NCBI GenBank assembly: GCA_024239035.1
Contig: JANBVK010000001.1
Location: 338,115-402,114 of the forward strand
From: Patescibacteria group bacterium
GTDB lineage: Bacteria > Patescibacteriota > Minisyncoccia > UBA6257 > GWB1-50-10
Direction of reading: 5' to 3'
Length of the DNA: 64,000 nucleotides
The translations under genes and the position numbers were made by a program. Below, in pieces: positions 10,208-21,052 of this stretch (position 1 is its first letter; every line of letters starts with the position of its first letter). A model generated the notes under the pieces. That model had not been told where the DNA came from, did no database searches, and saw nothing but the letters and a program-made list of their open reading frames with translations.

Positions 10208-12253
10208 ATGAGAAAAAGTTTATCTATAACTTGGGTTATTCTAATCATGCTCCTTGCGTCTGCGTCTGTTGTGTACGCTGTTGTGAAAAATCTTAATGGT
10301 CAGACTGGAGACATTCAATCATTTGCCAATGATACTAATATCATCATTACATCCGCTAGTGATGTACATACGCTCGGTTGGAGTGGTGTGCTGCAATTAA
10401 CACGAGGAGGAACTGGAGTAGCAACCTTTACTGACGGAGGAATTTTGTTCGGTAATGGAACAGGAACTATTCAAGCATCAGCGGTGATGACAAATGGCCA
10501 ACTGCTTATAGGTGACGGAACTACTGAGCCTACACTCGCAACTCTTATCGGAACTGCTTCTGAGATAGATATTACCAATGCAGCTGGTTCTATCACCATT
10601 GGAATAATCGATCCCCTTATAGTGGGTAAGGGGGGAACTGGTGCAGCTCTCACTATTACTAAAGGAGATATGTTAGTCGGGGCTGCTGCCGGTGGAAATC
10701 TTACGAACGTTGCAATTGGAACTAATGGTTTTGTATGGACTGCGTCTTCAACTGCAACTAATGGGGCATCTTGGGAAGCATTATCTGGTGGCGGTGAAAG
10801 CGGAACTGAGATTGATATTTTATTTACTGCAGGTGAAGATTTAACTATTGGAGACCCAGTAGGTATAGGAACAGTAGCAAATGAAGTTTTAGTGGCTTTC
10901 AAAGATTTAGCATATAATGGATTTGGTTCAGAAACAGATTTTGAAACTGCTGCTACAGCAAATGGAGTAGCTGTTATTGATATTTCTATTAATAAGTTTG
11001 TAGTAGCTTATACAGATACTACTGCCGGTAACGTTGGGGTAAGAGTCGCTACCGTTGATGAAACTACTATTACTTTTGGGACTGAAGCAATTGCAACCAC
11101 TATTAATATTCCTCCACAAAATGAAGGATTAGATGTTTGTAAAATTGATACTGATAAGTTTGTTGTAATGTATGAACAGCAGACAACGGGAAATCAAAGA
11201 ATGAAAGTAGGTACTGTTGTTGGAACTACTATCACTTTAGGTTCGGAATTTGCTTTTGGTACACCGGTTGGGGCAGGGACTGCGCTTAGATGCGCTCAAC
11301 TGGATACTGATAAGTTTGCAACCATTGCAGCAGAAGATAGAGCAAGTGGAAGTTTGGTAATTGGGATTCACTTAGTAAGTGGAACAACAATTACGGTACA
11401 AGCAGGGGTAGATCAAACAGTAGTAACTCCTATGGTTACAGACGTTGCCAGACAATACGATATAGCCATTGCGCAAATTGGTGTTGATAAAGGAGTTATA
11501 GCTTATAAAAAGCAATCTGATACTCTCGGTTACGTTAGGATATTTACTGTTTTTGATGCTACAAGTACAACTCTTGGTACGGAAACTGTTTTTAATGCGG
11601 CAGCTACCAGTAACCTAGATGTTTTGAGTTTGACTGAAGATAACATCATTGTTTCTTTTAGGGACGAAGGGAATAGTAATCAAGGGACTTTTGTAGCCGC
11701 AACAATATCTGAAACTACTCCTACTTTTGGTAGTGAAGTTGTATTTGAAACAGGAGCAACAATTGTAACCTCTTTGACAAAAGTAAGTGATAGAATATTT
11801 GTTGTAGCTTATCAAGATACAGATGATTCAAGCAATGGTAAAGTTGTCTCAGGGGAGACTTCGTTAATAGGAGGAAACTCAGTCCAAAATGTTGGTTCAG
11901 CTTTAGCAATTACTACTTTTAATGCCGCAGATACCAATAGAATTGATGTAACTTCAATAACCCCCGGGGGAACAATAGCTGTCGTATTTCAAGATATTGG
12001 TGATACAAATGACGGGACAGCAATGGTCAATGATTCTTCAAGAGCCCCTAATTTTATAGGGATAGCCCAATCGACTGCAACTAGCAGTACTGCTTTAGAT
12101 ATAAGAATTGTTGGAGTGGATACGAATCAAAGCGGATTAGAGGTTGGTGCTAAATACTATGTTGACAATGGTGTTTTGTCTACCAATTCAGTAAATAGCA
12201 ATGATTCTTTTGTTGGATACGCAGTTAGTTCGACGGCGATCTTCATAAAATGA
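10208..12253 (+). CDS. Secreted beta-rich repeat protein (GGTG fibre-like N-region, then repeated FVVAY-type blades)
   Basis: Signal peptide, GGTG repeats, about six repeats of D/NKFVVxY; AT-rich codons; extended -10 TGATATAAT at 10155-10163. Confidence 0.6.
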   Translation: MRKSLSITWVILIMLLASASVVYAVVKNLNGQTGDIQSFANDTNIIITSASDVHTLGWSGVLQLTRGGTGVATFTDGGILFGNGTGTIQASAVMTNGQLLIGDGTTEPTLATLIGTASEIDITNAAGSITIGIIDPLIVGKGGTGAALTITKGDMLVGAAAGGNLTNVAIGTNGFVWTASSTATNGASWEALSGGGESGTEIDILFTAGEDLTIGDPVGIGTVANEVLVAFKDLAYNGFGSETDFETAATANGVAVIDISINKFVVAYTDTTAGNVGVRVATVDETTITFGTEAIATTINIPPQNEGLDVCKIDTDKFVVMYEQQTTGNQRMKVGTVVGTTITLGSEFAFGTPVGAGTALRCAQLDTDKFATIAAEDRASGSLVIGIHLVSGTTITVQAGVDQTVVTPMVTDVARQYDIAIAQIGVDKGVIAYKKQSDTLGYVRIFTVFDATSTTLGTETVFNAAATSNLDVLSLTEDNIIVSFRDEGNSNQGTFVAATISETTPTFGSEVVFETGATIVTSLTKVSDRIFVVAYQDTDDSSNGKVVSGETSLIGGNSVQNVGSALAITTFNAADTNRIDVTSITPGGTIAVVFQDIGDTNDGTAMVNDSSRAPNFIGIAQSTATSSTALDIRIVGVDTNQSGLEVGAKYYVDNGVLSTNSVNSNDSFVGYAVSSTAIFIK

Positions 12254-12274
12254 GGACTATCGCCTAGAGACTGA

Positions 12275-13441
12275 TTAAAATCTCTCTCTTATCCACCTTT
12301 GGAAATTTAAGCTCAATTTGTATTTTCTTTTCCATCGACTGATTGCTGTAATATCTCTATCTGTCTTATCTTCATGAGTATGTTCAGTAAGAGTACCTGT
12401 AGCGTGCTCATGTTCGTATTCAGCAAATTCTATTATCCCAGCATCACCTACGAACACATTTAATCCACTATCTACTGAGACTGTTTTGGGAGATACAAAT
12501 ATACCTTCACCGCCGAACTGATAAAGAAATTCTCCCTCGCTTGTGAAAATTTGGATTCTCTTATTCCGAGTATCAGCAACATATATATTATCATGTTTAT
12601 CAATGGCTATCTCGTGCGGATAATTGAATTCGCCCGGTTGGTCGCCTAGTGTCCCGTCGCCGCCGTTTCTGCCCCATTTAAGCAAGAAATTGCCATCTGG
12701 GTCAAACTTTTGGATACGGTTGTTGCCCCTGTCTACAACATAAATGTTGTCTTCGCTGTCAGATTCAATGTAGTAAGGTTGGTTGAACTGCGCATCCTTA
12801 TTTCCAATAGTCGTAGCGTATTGAACATCTATAATGCCATTCACTGACTCATATTTTTTGTTTAAAAAGTGAGTAAGTTCTCCATTTTTATCAAACTTTA
12901 TTACTAGGTTACTACCGTAATTTGAAATGTAAGAGTTGCCGGAACTGTCAAAGGTTATTCCTAGTGGCTCGATAAGCAGATTGATTGTCTTGCCACTGTT
13001 TGATTCTGCTAATATCTTGAAGTTGTCAATGAATTCGCCTTCTTGGGTAAATTTGGATACTCTATTGTTCTTTTCCTCAACTATCCAAATATTACCTTCT
13101 GGGCCAATGGTTAGGTCGGCTGGGTGGTCTAACTGTCCTGGCTCACTACCTAGTTCTCCAAACCGGGAAACAAAGACACCATCGAGGGTAAATTTTTGAA
13201 TGTTGTTATTAGTGCAATCTGATATAAGAATAAAACTACCATTCTCGTCTTCAATAATATCCGAGCCATAAGGCAGGTCGAATTCGCCTTCATCTGTTCC
13301 ATAACTACCCCACACCAAATCACGCTCGTAAGAGAACCCTAATTCTTTTTCTTGTTCTTTGTTTATCGAATTTACTCCCCAGACAATCAAAATAATTAAG
13401 ACAGCCCCTATTCCTATTTTCCAAAAGATTTTATTGGTCAT
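12275..13441 (-). CDS. Membrane-anchored NHL-repeat (6-bladed beta-propeller) protein
   Basis: Repeats such as FNQPYYIESDSEDNIYVVDRGNNRIQKFD; N-terminal TM; likely start MTNKIF at 13441. Confidence 0.85.
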   Translation of the reverse strand: MTNKIFWKIGIGAVLIILIVWGVNSINKEQEKELGFSYERDLVWGSYGTDEGEFDLPYGSDIIEDENGSFILISDCTNNNIQKFTLDGVFVSRFGELGSEPGQLDHPADLTIGPEGNIWIVEEKNNRVSKFTQEGEFIDNFKILAESNSGKTINLLIEPLGITFDSSGNSYISNYGSNLVIKFDKNGELTHFLNKKYESVNGIIDVQYATTIGNKDAQFNQPYYIESDSEDNIYVVDRGNNRIQKFDPDGNFLLKWGRNGGDGTLGDQPGEFNYPHEIAIDKHDNIYVADTRNKRIQIFTSEGEFLYQFGGEGIFVSPKTVSVDSGLNVFVGDAGIIEFAEYEHEHATGTLTEHTHEDKTDRDITAISRWKRKYKLSLNFQRWIRERF

Positions 13442-13470
13442 TTTAAGCGGATCGCCTGCAATATTACTTT

Positions 13471-14226
13471 TTAGATAGACCACTGGGAGGCAGCAAAAAT
13501 GATAAGGGTTATAAAAACAAAAAAAGCGAGTTCACGAAAAATAAAAGATAAATTCAAAAAACCCCTGAAATGGACCGCCAAACTATCTCTCACCAATAAG
13601 AAAAAAAGCGTTAAAAACACTGCGGCATTTATAAAACCAAGCGGTAAAAAACTGGTGAGCCAGGCAATTTCCACCGCCAGAATGCCGACAATCCCGAGGG
13701 CGGCAAGCGTCCTTTTACCTTTATAGATGCCAAAGAATTTAAAAACTTCCTCAAAAATCAAAACCATCATAAAAAATAATACTATCCCTAGAAACCAAAA
13801 ATTATCCGGCCGACCCAGATGAAAGACCAATAAAAAAAGTAAAAGCAGTAGCGAGGTATTAAAAATCCCATAAACCAAAAATTTATCTTTAAAAAAGAAG
13901 CTCATCAAACCTAAAAGGATAAAAAAAAGAAAAGCGAAAAGCGCAAGCGCAATTATAATAAATAGAGGCGGTGAAAACGAAGACAAAAGCAGTTTGATGC
14001 CAATCAAGCTGAAGATTGGTAAAAACCAAAACGAAACTTTGAGTAATCGCCGCTCCGTAATCTGGGAAAAGTAAATACTGACGAACACCGTAAAGAAAAC
14101 AGCTAGAGCAACCAGACTAAAATCAAACCACAAAACAAAAAGTAAGGTGAGTGTTGCGAGAGCCGTTTTAAACGGCAATCTCCACGCGGTTCGATCGGTT
14201 AAGAGAAATGCTAATTTTTTGGCCAT
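13471..14226 (-). CDS. Hypothetical multi-pass membrane protein
   Basis: 251 aa with about 8 hydrophobic segments; overlaps the 3' end of clpB. Confidence 0.7.
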   Translation of the reverse strand: MAKKLAFLLTDRTAWRLPFKTALATLTLLFVLWFDFSLVALAVFFTVFVSIYFSQITERRLLKVSFWFLPIFSLIGIKLLLSSFSPPLFIIIALALFAFLFFILLGLMSFFFKDKFLVYGIFNTSLLLLLFLLVFHLGRPDNFWFLGIVLFFMMVLIFEEVFKFFGIYKGKRTLAALGIVGILAVEIAWLTSFLPLGFINAAVFLTLFFLLVRDSLAVHFRGFLNLSFIFRELAFFVFITLIIFAASQWSI

Positions 14227-16801
14227 CTTTAACTTTACCCCTCACCATTTTATCAGCAAGGCCATCAACAATAGTTTTCTGAATTAAACGCTTAATCGGC
14301 CTCGCCCCGTAATCCGGATCAAATCCTTCCTTAGCTAAATAATCTTTAACCTGAGATTTAACATTAAGAAAGATACCGCGTTTTTTTAATCGTTCTTGAA
14401 CTTCGATGAGCTGAATATCCACAATCTTCCGAACCTGAACGGGAGTCAACGCATTAAATATAACAATTTCATCAAGCCGGTTAAGAAATTCAGGTTTAAA
14501 CGTGTGTTTCAGAGCATCCATTGCTTTTTCCCGAAACCCGTCTTCTTCTTTAGAAAAAGTTTCTCCGCTAGCACCTGACTCAAAACCTAAGGATGACATT
14601 TGACGGAAATATTCACTGCCAACATTAGATGTCAAAATAATAATGGAATTTCTGAAGTTAACGGTTTTCCCTTTGCTGTCGGTAAGCCGGCCATTATCAA
14701 GCACTTGAAGTAAAATATTAAAGACTTCAGGATGAGCTTTCTCAATTTCATCGAATAAAATTAGTGAGTAAGGACGGTGACGAATCGTCTCAGTGAGTTG
14801 TCCCCCCTCTTCGTGGCCAATGTAGCCGGGCGGTGAACCAATAAGACGTGAGATGGCGTGGCGTTCCATGTACTCTGACATATCAATACGAATTAGAGCT
14901 TTTTCATCATTGAACATGAAAGTTGCCAGAACCTTAGCCAATTCTGTTTTCCCTACACCGGTCGGACCCAGAAACATAAAAGACCCTGCCGGCTTGTCTT
15001 CGTCAGCTAAACCAGTTCGTGAACGCCTGAGAGCCCGGGCAACGGCGTTTATTGCCTCTTTCTGACCAATCACTTGCCCTGATAGTTCGCTATCCAGCCG
15101 GACCAATTTCTTCATCTCCGACTCAAGCATTCTCGCAACTGGAATCCCGGTCCAGCGGGAAACCACAGCCGCTATATCTTCATCATCAACGTACTCTTTA
15201 ATAAATTTACCTTTCCGTTCAACTTTGAAGTAACGTTTTTCAAATGATTTAAGTTCGCGCAGGGCTTTAGGCAGTTCACCATAAGTAATTTGAGCCACCC
15301 GTTCCAGGTCCCCCTCTCTTTCAGCAACCTCGGCAAAACGACGGAGATCGTCAACCACCTTTCTTAAATTGTGCAAATTCTCAACAGCGATCTTTTCAGC
15401 GTGCCAACTAGCTGAAAGAGTATCATTCTCCTCCTTAAGTTTAGTAAGTGCTTTCCCTACTTCTTTTAGACGATCAATCGTCTTTTTAGATTTATCCTTA
15501 CTAAGAGCTGATTTCTCAACTTCTAAACGGGTGATTTCCCGGCGCAACTTATCAATCTGGCCAGGCGTACTGTCAGATTCAAGGCGCCTCGCGGCAGCAG
15601 CCTCGTCAATCAAATCCACTGCCTTATCGGGCAAAAAACGGTCAGTAATGTAACGAGCGCTTAAATTCACCGCGGCAATAAGAGCTTCATCGCTAATTTT
15701 CAAACCGTGGTGCATCTCATATTTTTCTTTGAGACCTCTCAAAATTGTAATACTATCCTCAAGGTTCGGCTCTTCTACTAAAACCGGCTGAAACCGGCGT
15801 TCAAGAGCGGCATCTTTCTCAATATGTTTCTGATACTCTTTCAGGGTAGTGGCCCCGACGGCGTGAAGTTCACCTCTGGCTAGGGCTGGTTTTAATAAAT
15901 TAGACGCATCGATCGCCCCTTCAGCCGCCCCGGCACCGACTATCATATGAATTTCATCAATAAAAAGGATAATTCTCCCGGCTGATTGCTGAACTTCTTT
16001 TAAGAATGCCTTCAGCCGATCCTCAAACTCTCCCCGGAATTTCGTACCGGCAATAAGCGATCCTAAGTCAAGCATAACAACCTCCCTATCCTTCAAAGAT
16101 TCAGGAACATCCCCCGTCACAATCCGCTGAGCCAACCCCTCAACAATAGCTGTCTTACCAACGCCCGGCTCGCCAATAAGCACCGGGTTGTTTTTCATCC
16201 GGCGGCTTAAAATTTGTGTCACCCGTCTTAACTCTTCATCCCGCCCGATTACCGGGTCAAGCTTTCCATCTTTCGCTCTCTGCGTTAAGTTGATCGCGTA
16301 TTTTTCTAAAACTTGAAATTTGCTCTCCGGCATCTCATCAGTCACCCGCACCGAACCCCGAAGGTGGGCTAAAACACGTAAGAGAGCGTCACGACGGATG
16401 CCGAAACGAGTTAGAGTTTCTCGAGCTGCCGAAGGAACGTCCAAAAGAGCTAAAATCAAGTGTTCACAAGACACAAATTCATCTCTTTGTCTTAAAGAAA
16501 TACCAGCGGCTCGATCCAAGACCTTCATTAACTCCTGAGAAAGATAAAGCTGACTGACGTTACTGCTGCCCGAAAAAATCTTTGGAAGTTTTGTAAGCTC
16601 ACTTTCTAATTCTTTCTCGAGCTCTGCCAGGTTCACATTAGCCCGAACGAGCATTGGCCGAACAAGAGTGGTATCATCGCCAAGGAGTGCGTGCAGCAGA
16701 TGTAGGGCTTTTAATTCGCCGTGATTGTACCGCGCGACAAGTTCTTGCGCACTCTGAAGCGCTTCTTGAGCTTTAATAGTAAAACGATGGAAGTTTGGCA
16801 T
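14168..16801 (-). CDS. clpB: ClpB/ClpC-family AAA+ chaperone
   Basis: Clp-N domain, two Walker A motifs ([16 protein letters not shown]), FIDEIH and FDEIEKAH Walker B motifs, coiled-coil M domain. Confidence 0.92.
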   Translation of the reverse strand: MPNFHRFTIKAQEALQSAQELVARYNHGELKALHLLHALLGDDTTLVRPMLVRANVNLAELEKELESELTKLPKIFSGSSNVSQLYLSQELMKVLDRAAGISLRQRDEFVSCEHLILALLDVPSAARETLTRFGIRRDALLRVLAHLRGSVRVTDEMPESKFQVLEKYAINLTQRAKDGKLDPVIGRDEELRRVTQILSRRMKNNPVLIGEPGVGKTAIVEGLAQRIVTGDVPESLKDREVVMLDLGSLIAGTKFRGEFEDRLKAFLKEVQQSAGRIILFIDEIHMIVGAGAAEGAIDASNLLKPALARGELHAVGATTLKEYQKHIEKDAALERRFQPVLVEEPNLEDSITILRGLKEKYEMHHGLKISDEALIAAVNLSARYITDRFLPDKAVDLIDEAAAARRLESDSTPGQIDKLRREITRLEVEKSALSKDKSKKTIDRLKEVGKALTKLKEENDTLSASWHAEKIAVENLHNLRKVVDDLRRFAEVAEREGDLERVAQITYGELPKALRELKSFEKRYFKVERKGKFIKEYVDDEDIAAVVSRWTGIPVARMLESEMKKLVRLDSELSGQVIGQKEAINAVARALRRSRTGLADEDKPAGSFMFLGPTGVGKTELAKVLATFMFNDEKALIRIDMSEYMERHAISRLIGSPPGYIGHEEGGQLTETIRHRPYSLILFDEIEKAHPEVFNILLQVLDNGRLTDSKGKTVNFRNSIIILTSNVGSEYFRQMSSLGFESGASGETFSKEEDGFREKAMDALKHTFKPEFLNRLDEIVIFNALTPVQVRKIVDIQLIEVQERLKKRGIFLNVKSQVKDYLAKEGFDPDYGARPIKRLIQKTIVDGLADKMVRGKVKDGQKISISLNRSNRVEIAV

Positions 16802-16822
16802 GCGTAAATAATCCTCTTTATA

Positions 16823-18076
16823 TCATAAATCCGGTCTTTCTTCAAGTGTCACGCTAAGCGTAACTATCTCTCCTCCGCGGCGTACTTTAATGAGTATTGT
16901 ATCACCAATATTATACTTTTGAATTAAAAGACCGAGTGGATTATCTTTATTAACGCGCACATTCTGAATCTCCAAAATAATATCTTCAGCCATAAGTCCG
17001 GCTCTAGAGGCGGGTGAATCAGGAATTACGCCCGGACCATCGTCCCCCCCTCGAATAAGCGCTCCGTAATCAAACGTCACATTTTGCTCCTCCGCAAACT
17101 CGGGAGTAATTGTAAAGTAGCGAACGCCAAGATAAGGCACTTTGATGCTTCCTGTTCGCTCCACTGAGTCTATATCACGTTTAGCTTGGTTAATCGGAAT
17201 CGCAAATCCTATATTTTGAGCGCCGACGGCAAGAGCAGTATTTACGCCGATAACCTCCCCTTTCAAGTTTAGAAGCGGACCACCAGAGTTGCCGGGATTA
17301 ATTGCAGCATCTGTCTGAACAACTCCCTGAAGCGTCTCAGCGCCTCTCTGCCCAGATGCGGTTATGGTGCGTGCGAGACCGGAGATCACGCCAACTGAGA
17401 CAGTGTTCCGAAGTTCACCTAGAGAATTCCCAATCGCAATAGCGGTCTGACCGAGTTTTATGGCATCTGAGTCACCAAGCACCGCGGGAATGAATCCATC
17501 GGCCGGTGGGTCAATTTTGATAATTGCTAAATCCTGCACAGGATCTCGCGCCAACACCTCCGCATCGTGTTTTTTACCATCATTAGTGAGCACTGTATAT
17601 TCAGCCCCAGCATCGGCAACCACGTGCTTGTTAGTTAAAATCATGCCGTCTACTGAGACAATAAATCCGGTGCCGCCGCCAACTTCCCTGCGCTCAGTAC
17701 CCCTCTCACATGGTTGAAAAAATTCAAAACCACGAGAACCGAAAAAATCCTGAAATCCCGGAGGAAGATCGCCAAAGGGGTCATACGAACACCGCTCAAT
17801 AATAGGTAAATCTTTTGTGACGACGATTGAAACTACGCTCGGTTCGGCTCTCTCAACCGCTCGTATCACCGCTTCTTCATAATCAAGAGCTGGTTTGTAA
17901 AGTTCAACCGGCTCCGGGGTTGATGGAGAAACCTGCTGTTCTACCCTCAGTTTTGTAAATAAATTTAGGAAATCGTCAATAATATTCGCATCCGCAAGCT
18001 GCGCCGAAATAAGCGATCCAAAAAACCCGCCAACTAAAGCTGAAGCTATTATGATAGTCAGTAGTCTTTTAGACAT
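16823..18076 (-). CDS. htrA: HtrA/DegP serine protease with PDZ domain
   Basis: LTNKHVV, DLA, QTDAAINPGNSGGPL; C-terminal PDZ. Confidence 0.92.
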   Translation of the reverse strand: MSKRLLTIIIASALVGGFFGSLISAQLADANIIDDFLNLFTKLRVEQQVSPSTPEPVELYKPALDYEEAVIRAVERAEPSVVSIVVTKDLPIIERCSYDPFGDLPPGFQDFFGSRGFEFFQPCERGTERREVGGGTGFIVSVDGMILTNKHVVADAGAEYTVLTNDGKKHDAEVLARDPVQDLAIIKIDPPADGFIPAVLGDSDAIKLGQTAIAIGNSLGELRNTVSVGVISGLARTITASGQRGAETLQGVVQTDAAINPGNSGGPLLNLKGEVIGVNTALAVGAQNIGFAIPINQAKRDIDSVERTGSIKVPYLGVRYFTITPEFAEEQNVTFDYGALIRGGDDGPGVIPDSPASRAGLMAEDIILEIQNVRVNKDNPLGLLIQKYNIGDTILIKVRRGGEIVTLSVTLEERPDL

Positions 18077-18095
18077 ACCAAACTTAATTTGTGAG

Positions 18096-18866
18096 TTACT
18101 CTATCTCGTAACTCATCGTTACATTCACAACCACCTCCTGGCTCCCTGGCTCAATATCAGGAGTGACAGCGCCACCCACTCCTAGCGCCGCTTCTCTAAA
18201 GAAAACCGGAGGAGGAGTGCGACCCGATTCGCTAATTGAGAGAAGTCGCCCCAACCTAAAACCTGCTGCTTTAGCAATTGATTTTGCTTTCTCGTTAGCT
18301 TTTGCGATCGCTTCCGCCCGCGCCTCACTTTGGAATTGATCTGGATCATCTATTGTGAAGTTTAGCTGGGAAACAGTGTTAGCGCCGCTTTGAACGACGC
18401 CGGCGAGGATATTGCCAATCACAGTAAAGTCTCTCACCTTCACAAGTATTGTCTGAGTAATTGTATATCCCACTATCTCGGGTGGCGGACAAGGTTCTGC
18501 CTCAACGGCCGCACGAGGGCAACTATAACGCTGGTAACGGGGTGTTAAATTATAACTTTGGGTTTTGATATCTTTATCATCAACGCCGCTAGATTTCACA
18601 AACGCGATTGCTTGATTTACCTTCCCGGTATTCTCGTCCTGTAAACCGGCAATATCTGTTTCACCTTCTGTTACAACACTAAAAGTAAATTCTGCTACGT
18701 CCGGTACTGTTATCACTTTACCCTCACCTGAGACAGAAAAACTCCTGAAAGATGAAGGTTCAATTGATTTGGAGTAAGAACGCGTGTAACTCCACGCCGA
18801 AGATGCCAGAACTAAAATCGAGATAATAACCGCGATGCCTAAATAATTCCTTAATTTGTCGCTCAT
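18096..18866 (-). CDS. SIMPL (DUF541) domain protein
   Basis: SVSGEGKV..PDVA, IKTQSYNLTPRY, A..KA..IA..AG..LG, IEPG.QEV. Confidence 0.88.
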   Translation of the reverse strand: MSDKLRNYLGIAVIISILVLASSAWSYTRSYSKSIEPSSFRSFSVSGEGKVITVPDVAEFTFSVVTEGETDIAGLQDENTGKVNQAIAFVKSSGVDDKDIKTQSYNLTPRYQRYSCPRAAVEAEPCPPPEIVGYTITQTILVKVRDFTVIGNILAGVVQSGANTVSQLNFTIDDPDQFQSEARAEAIAKANEKAKSIAKAAGFRLGRLLSISESGRTPPPVFFREAALGVGGAVTPDIEPGSQEVVVNVTMSYEIE

Positions 18867-18910
18867 GAAAGTGATTCTAACTACTTAAACGGTTCTGTCA
18901 ATTATTAGTT

Positions 18911-20161
18911 TCACAAACTCACGTTCCGAACATCTTCAAAAACTTTCTTAATTCTCTCCAAAGCTTCTTTAATTTCTTGTCTGTCTGTAAACCTACCCAA
19001 ACTGAAACGTATACTATTCTTAATACGTTTAGTTGGTAATCCTAACGCCTCAAGCACATGCGAAGGTTTAGTAGAACGCGCCCGGCAGGCAGAGCTGGAA
19101 GAGACAGCCACACCGGCCATATCGAGTTTAATCAATAAATCTTCAGCTAAGTGATCGGGAAAATAAACATTTAAAATATTGGGTAAGTATTTTGGTTGCC
19201 CTAGGTTATAACCTAGGTTATAACCTAGGGCAACTTCTTCGGGGTTTGTATCAGCTGAAGGATAGATTTTTTTTAATCCTTTCCAGAAGTAATCTCTAAG
19301 TTCCTTAATTCTCTCGTTTTCCAATTCACGTTTATCCCGAGTAGGATCGACTGGGATATGCTTAGAGATTAATTCTATTGCCCTCGCGAAACCGACAATC
19401 CCCGGGATATTTTCGGTTCCAGAACGCAGGCCAAATTCCTGGCCACCGCCAGTAATAAGAGGGTCTACCTGCCTGCTGGGTAGGGATTTTTGGGTTTCAG
19501 GCTCTAAGTTACGGACATAGAGTGCTCCGACCCCTTTCGGACCGTAGATTTTGTGAGCAGACAATGTCATCAAGTCAACACCAAGTTCATCTACATCACA
19601 ATCCAGATATTGAAATGCCTGAACCGCATCAGCATGAACTAAAATTTTTGAGTTAAACCCCTTGACGATTTTGGAAATTTCGGCAACGGGCTGAATCACA
19701 CCCACTTCATTATTCGCATACATTATAGAAACAAGAACCGTCCGCTCATCCAAGGAAGATTTTAGCCCTTCTAAATCAACAAACCCCTCACGACTGACCG
19801 GCAGGTAAACTACCTCTACATCCTCTTCCTCCAAATCCCGGGCAGTTTCTAAAACCGACTCATGTTCAATAGAAGATACTATTATCTTTAAAGGTAAAAA
19901 GTTGAAGTTTTTTACCACGCCGCGCAGCGCCAAGTTGTTTGCTTCTGTTGCGCTGCCGGTAAAAACGATTTCTTCAAATTTTGCCCCGATGGCTCCGGTG
20001 ATTGTTTCCCGCGATTTATCAACCGCCGCTATCGCCTCCTGGCCAAATGAATGAAGCGAACCCGGATTACCAAATTTATCGGTAAAATACGCGTTCATTG
20101 CTTCAAGCACTCTCTCATCAATCGGTGTGGTAGCCGCGTAGTCCAAATAAATTTTCTTCAT
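18911..20161 (-). CDS. iscS: Cysteine desulfurase (class I, IscS/NifS)
   Basis: YLDYAATTP, SAHKIYGPKG, RSGTENI, SSSSAC catalytic loop. Confidence 0.92.
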   Translation of the reverse strand: MKKIYLDYAATTPIDERVLEAMNAYFTDKFGNPGSLHSFGQEAIAAVDKSRETITGAIGAKFEEIVFTGSATEANNLALRGVVKNFNFLPLKIIVSSIEHESVLETARDLEEEDVEVVYLPVSREGFVDLEGLKSSLDERTVLVSIMYANNEVGVIQPVAEISKIVKGFNSKILVHADAVQAFQYLDCDVDELGVDLMTLSAHKIYGPKGVGALYVRNLEPETQKSLPSRQVDPLITGGGQEFGLRSGTENIPGIVGFARAIELISKHIPVDPTRDKRELENERIKELRDYFWKGLKKIYPSADTNPEEVALGYNLGYNLGQPKYLPNILNVYFPDHLAEDLLIKLDMAGVAVSSSSACRARSTKPSHVLEALGLPTKRIKNSIRFSLGRFTDRQEIKEALERIKKVFEDVRNVSL

Positions 20162-20166
20162 GCAAC

Positions 20167-20730
20167 CTAATAAGAAGGGTTTTCTTCTTTAATTCCCAGC
20201 TCGTGATTCACATAACGAGCTAAGGCAAAAAGAATGCTCGAGAGACGATTTAGGAATTTAAGCACCGGCTCTCGCAATTGTTTCTCTTCTGAATATTTTT
20301 TGGCTTGTCTTTCAGTCCTTCTTGCAATTGCTCGCGCGACATCAAGACGAGCACTAAGCTCACTGCCGCCCACGATAATAAATTTTTCTATCTTTGGAAC
20401 AACACTATCGATTTCTTTGATAATAGTTTCTAAGTATCGAGTTTTATCCTCGTTAATTTTTGGGCTCTTTGGATAACCAAAACCTAATGCTGCAACTTCC
20501 GCCTGAACAACAAAAAGCGATTCTTGAATTTGCCCTACAACATTTGAAACGTTAACTAATCCTTTTTGAGAAAAATTATTTTCTGCCTCCACTCGACAAA
20601 AACCAACCCATGAATTTAATTCATCAAGACCACCAAGTAAATCAATCAACGTGTTGCTTTTAGAAATCTTCTTACCGCGGACCTCACTCTCACCACGGTC
20701 ACCTTCTCCAGTAAAAAACTTTGTACGCAT
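20167..20730 (-). CDS. PduO-type ATP:cob(I)alamin adenosyltransferase-like protein
   Basis: TGEGDRGES, GGLDELNS, RAIARRTER, FLNRLSS.LF.LAR. Confidence 0.85.
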   Translation of the reverse strand: MRTKFFTGEGDRGESEVRGKKISKSNTLIDLLGGLDELNSWVGFCRVEAENNFSQKGLVNVSNVVGQIQESLFVVQAEVAALGFGYPKSPKINEDKTRYLETIIKEIDSVVPKIEKFIIVGGSELSARLDVARAIARRTERQAKKYSEEKQLREPVLKFLNRLSSILFALARYVNHELGIKEENPSY

Positions 20731-20746
20731 AAATTCATTGTAACAA

Positions 20747-20778
20747 AACGGCTCAACGGTAAGTACCGTTGAGCCGTT
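20747..20778. repeat. AACGGCTCAACG...CGTTGAGCCGTT palindrome, copy 1
   Basis: The same 12-bp arms occur at 28556-28587 and 40440-40472. Confidence 0.85.
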
Positions 20779-20797
20779 CCTTTCTATCTGAAAAATC

Positions 20798-21040
20798 CTA
20801 CAATTGATTCAATTCAGCATCAATCGCTTCAAATTCTGCATCCAAGTCTATAAGATCAAGACTGTCTAAAACCTCAATAGCAGCGGAAGTTGTATCTTCT
20901 TCTAATAATTCCTCTACTAATACAGCCTCCTCAGTAACAACTGGAGCAGGAGTCAAAACTTGCCCCGTCTGCCACCGCCAAATAACAACTAGCGCCAGAA
21001 CAATTATTATAACAATGACTATGACTAAATTTTTTTTCAT
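20798..21040 (-). CDS. Small membrane-anchored acidic protein
   Basis: N-terminal TM and acidic tail; 12 nt downstream of the coiled-coil gene. Confidence 0.7.
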   Translation of the reverse strand: MKKNLVIVIVIIIVLALVVIWRWQTGQVLTPAPVVTEEAVLVEELLEEDTTSAAIEVLDSLDLIDLDAEFEAIDAELNQL

Positions 21041-21052
21041 GCTCCGAATTTA

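Noticed and set aside
20167-20730. Cobalamin metabolism cluster
   Set aside because: A single PduO-like gene with no B12-dependent or transport genes in the window.
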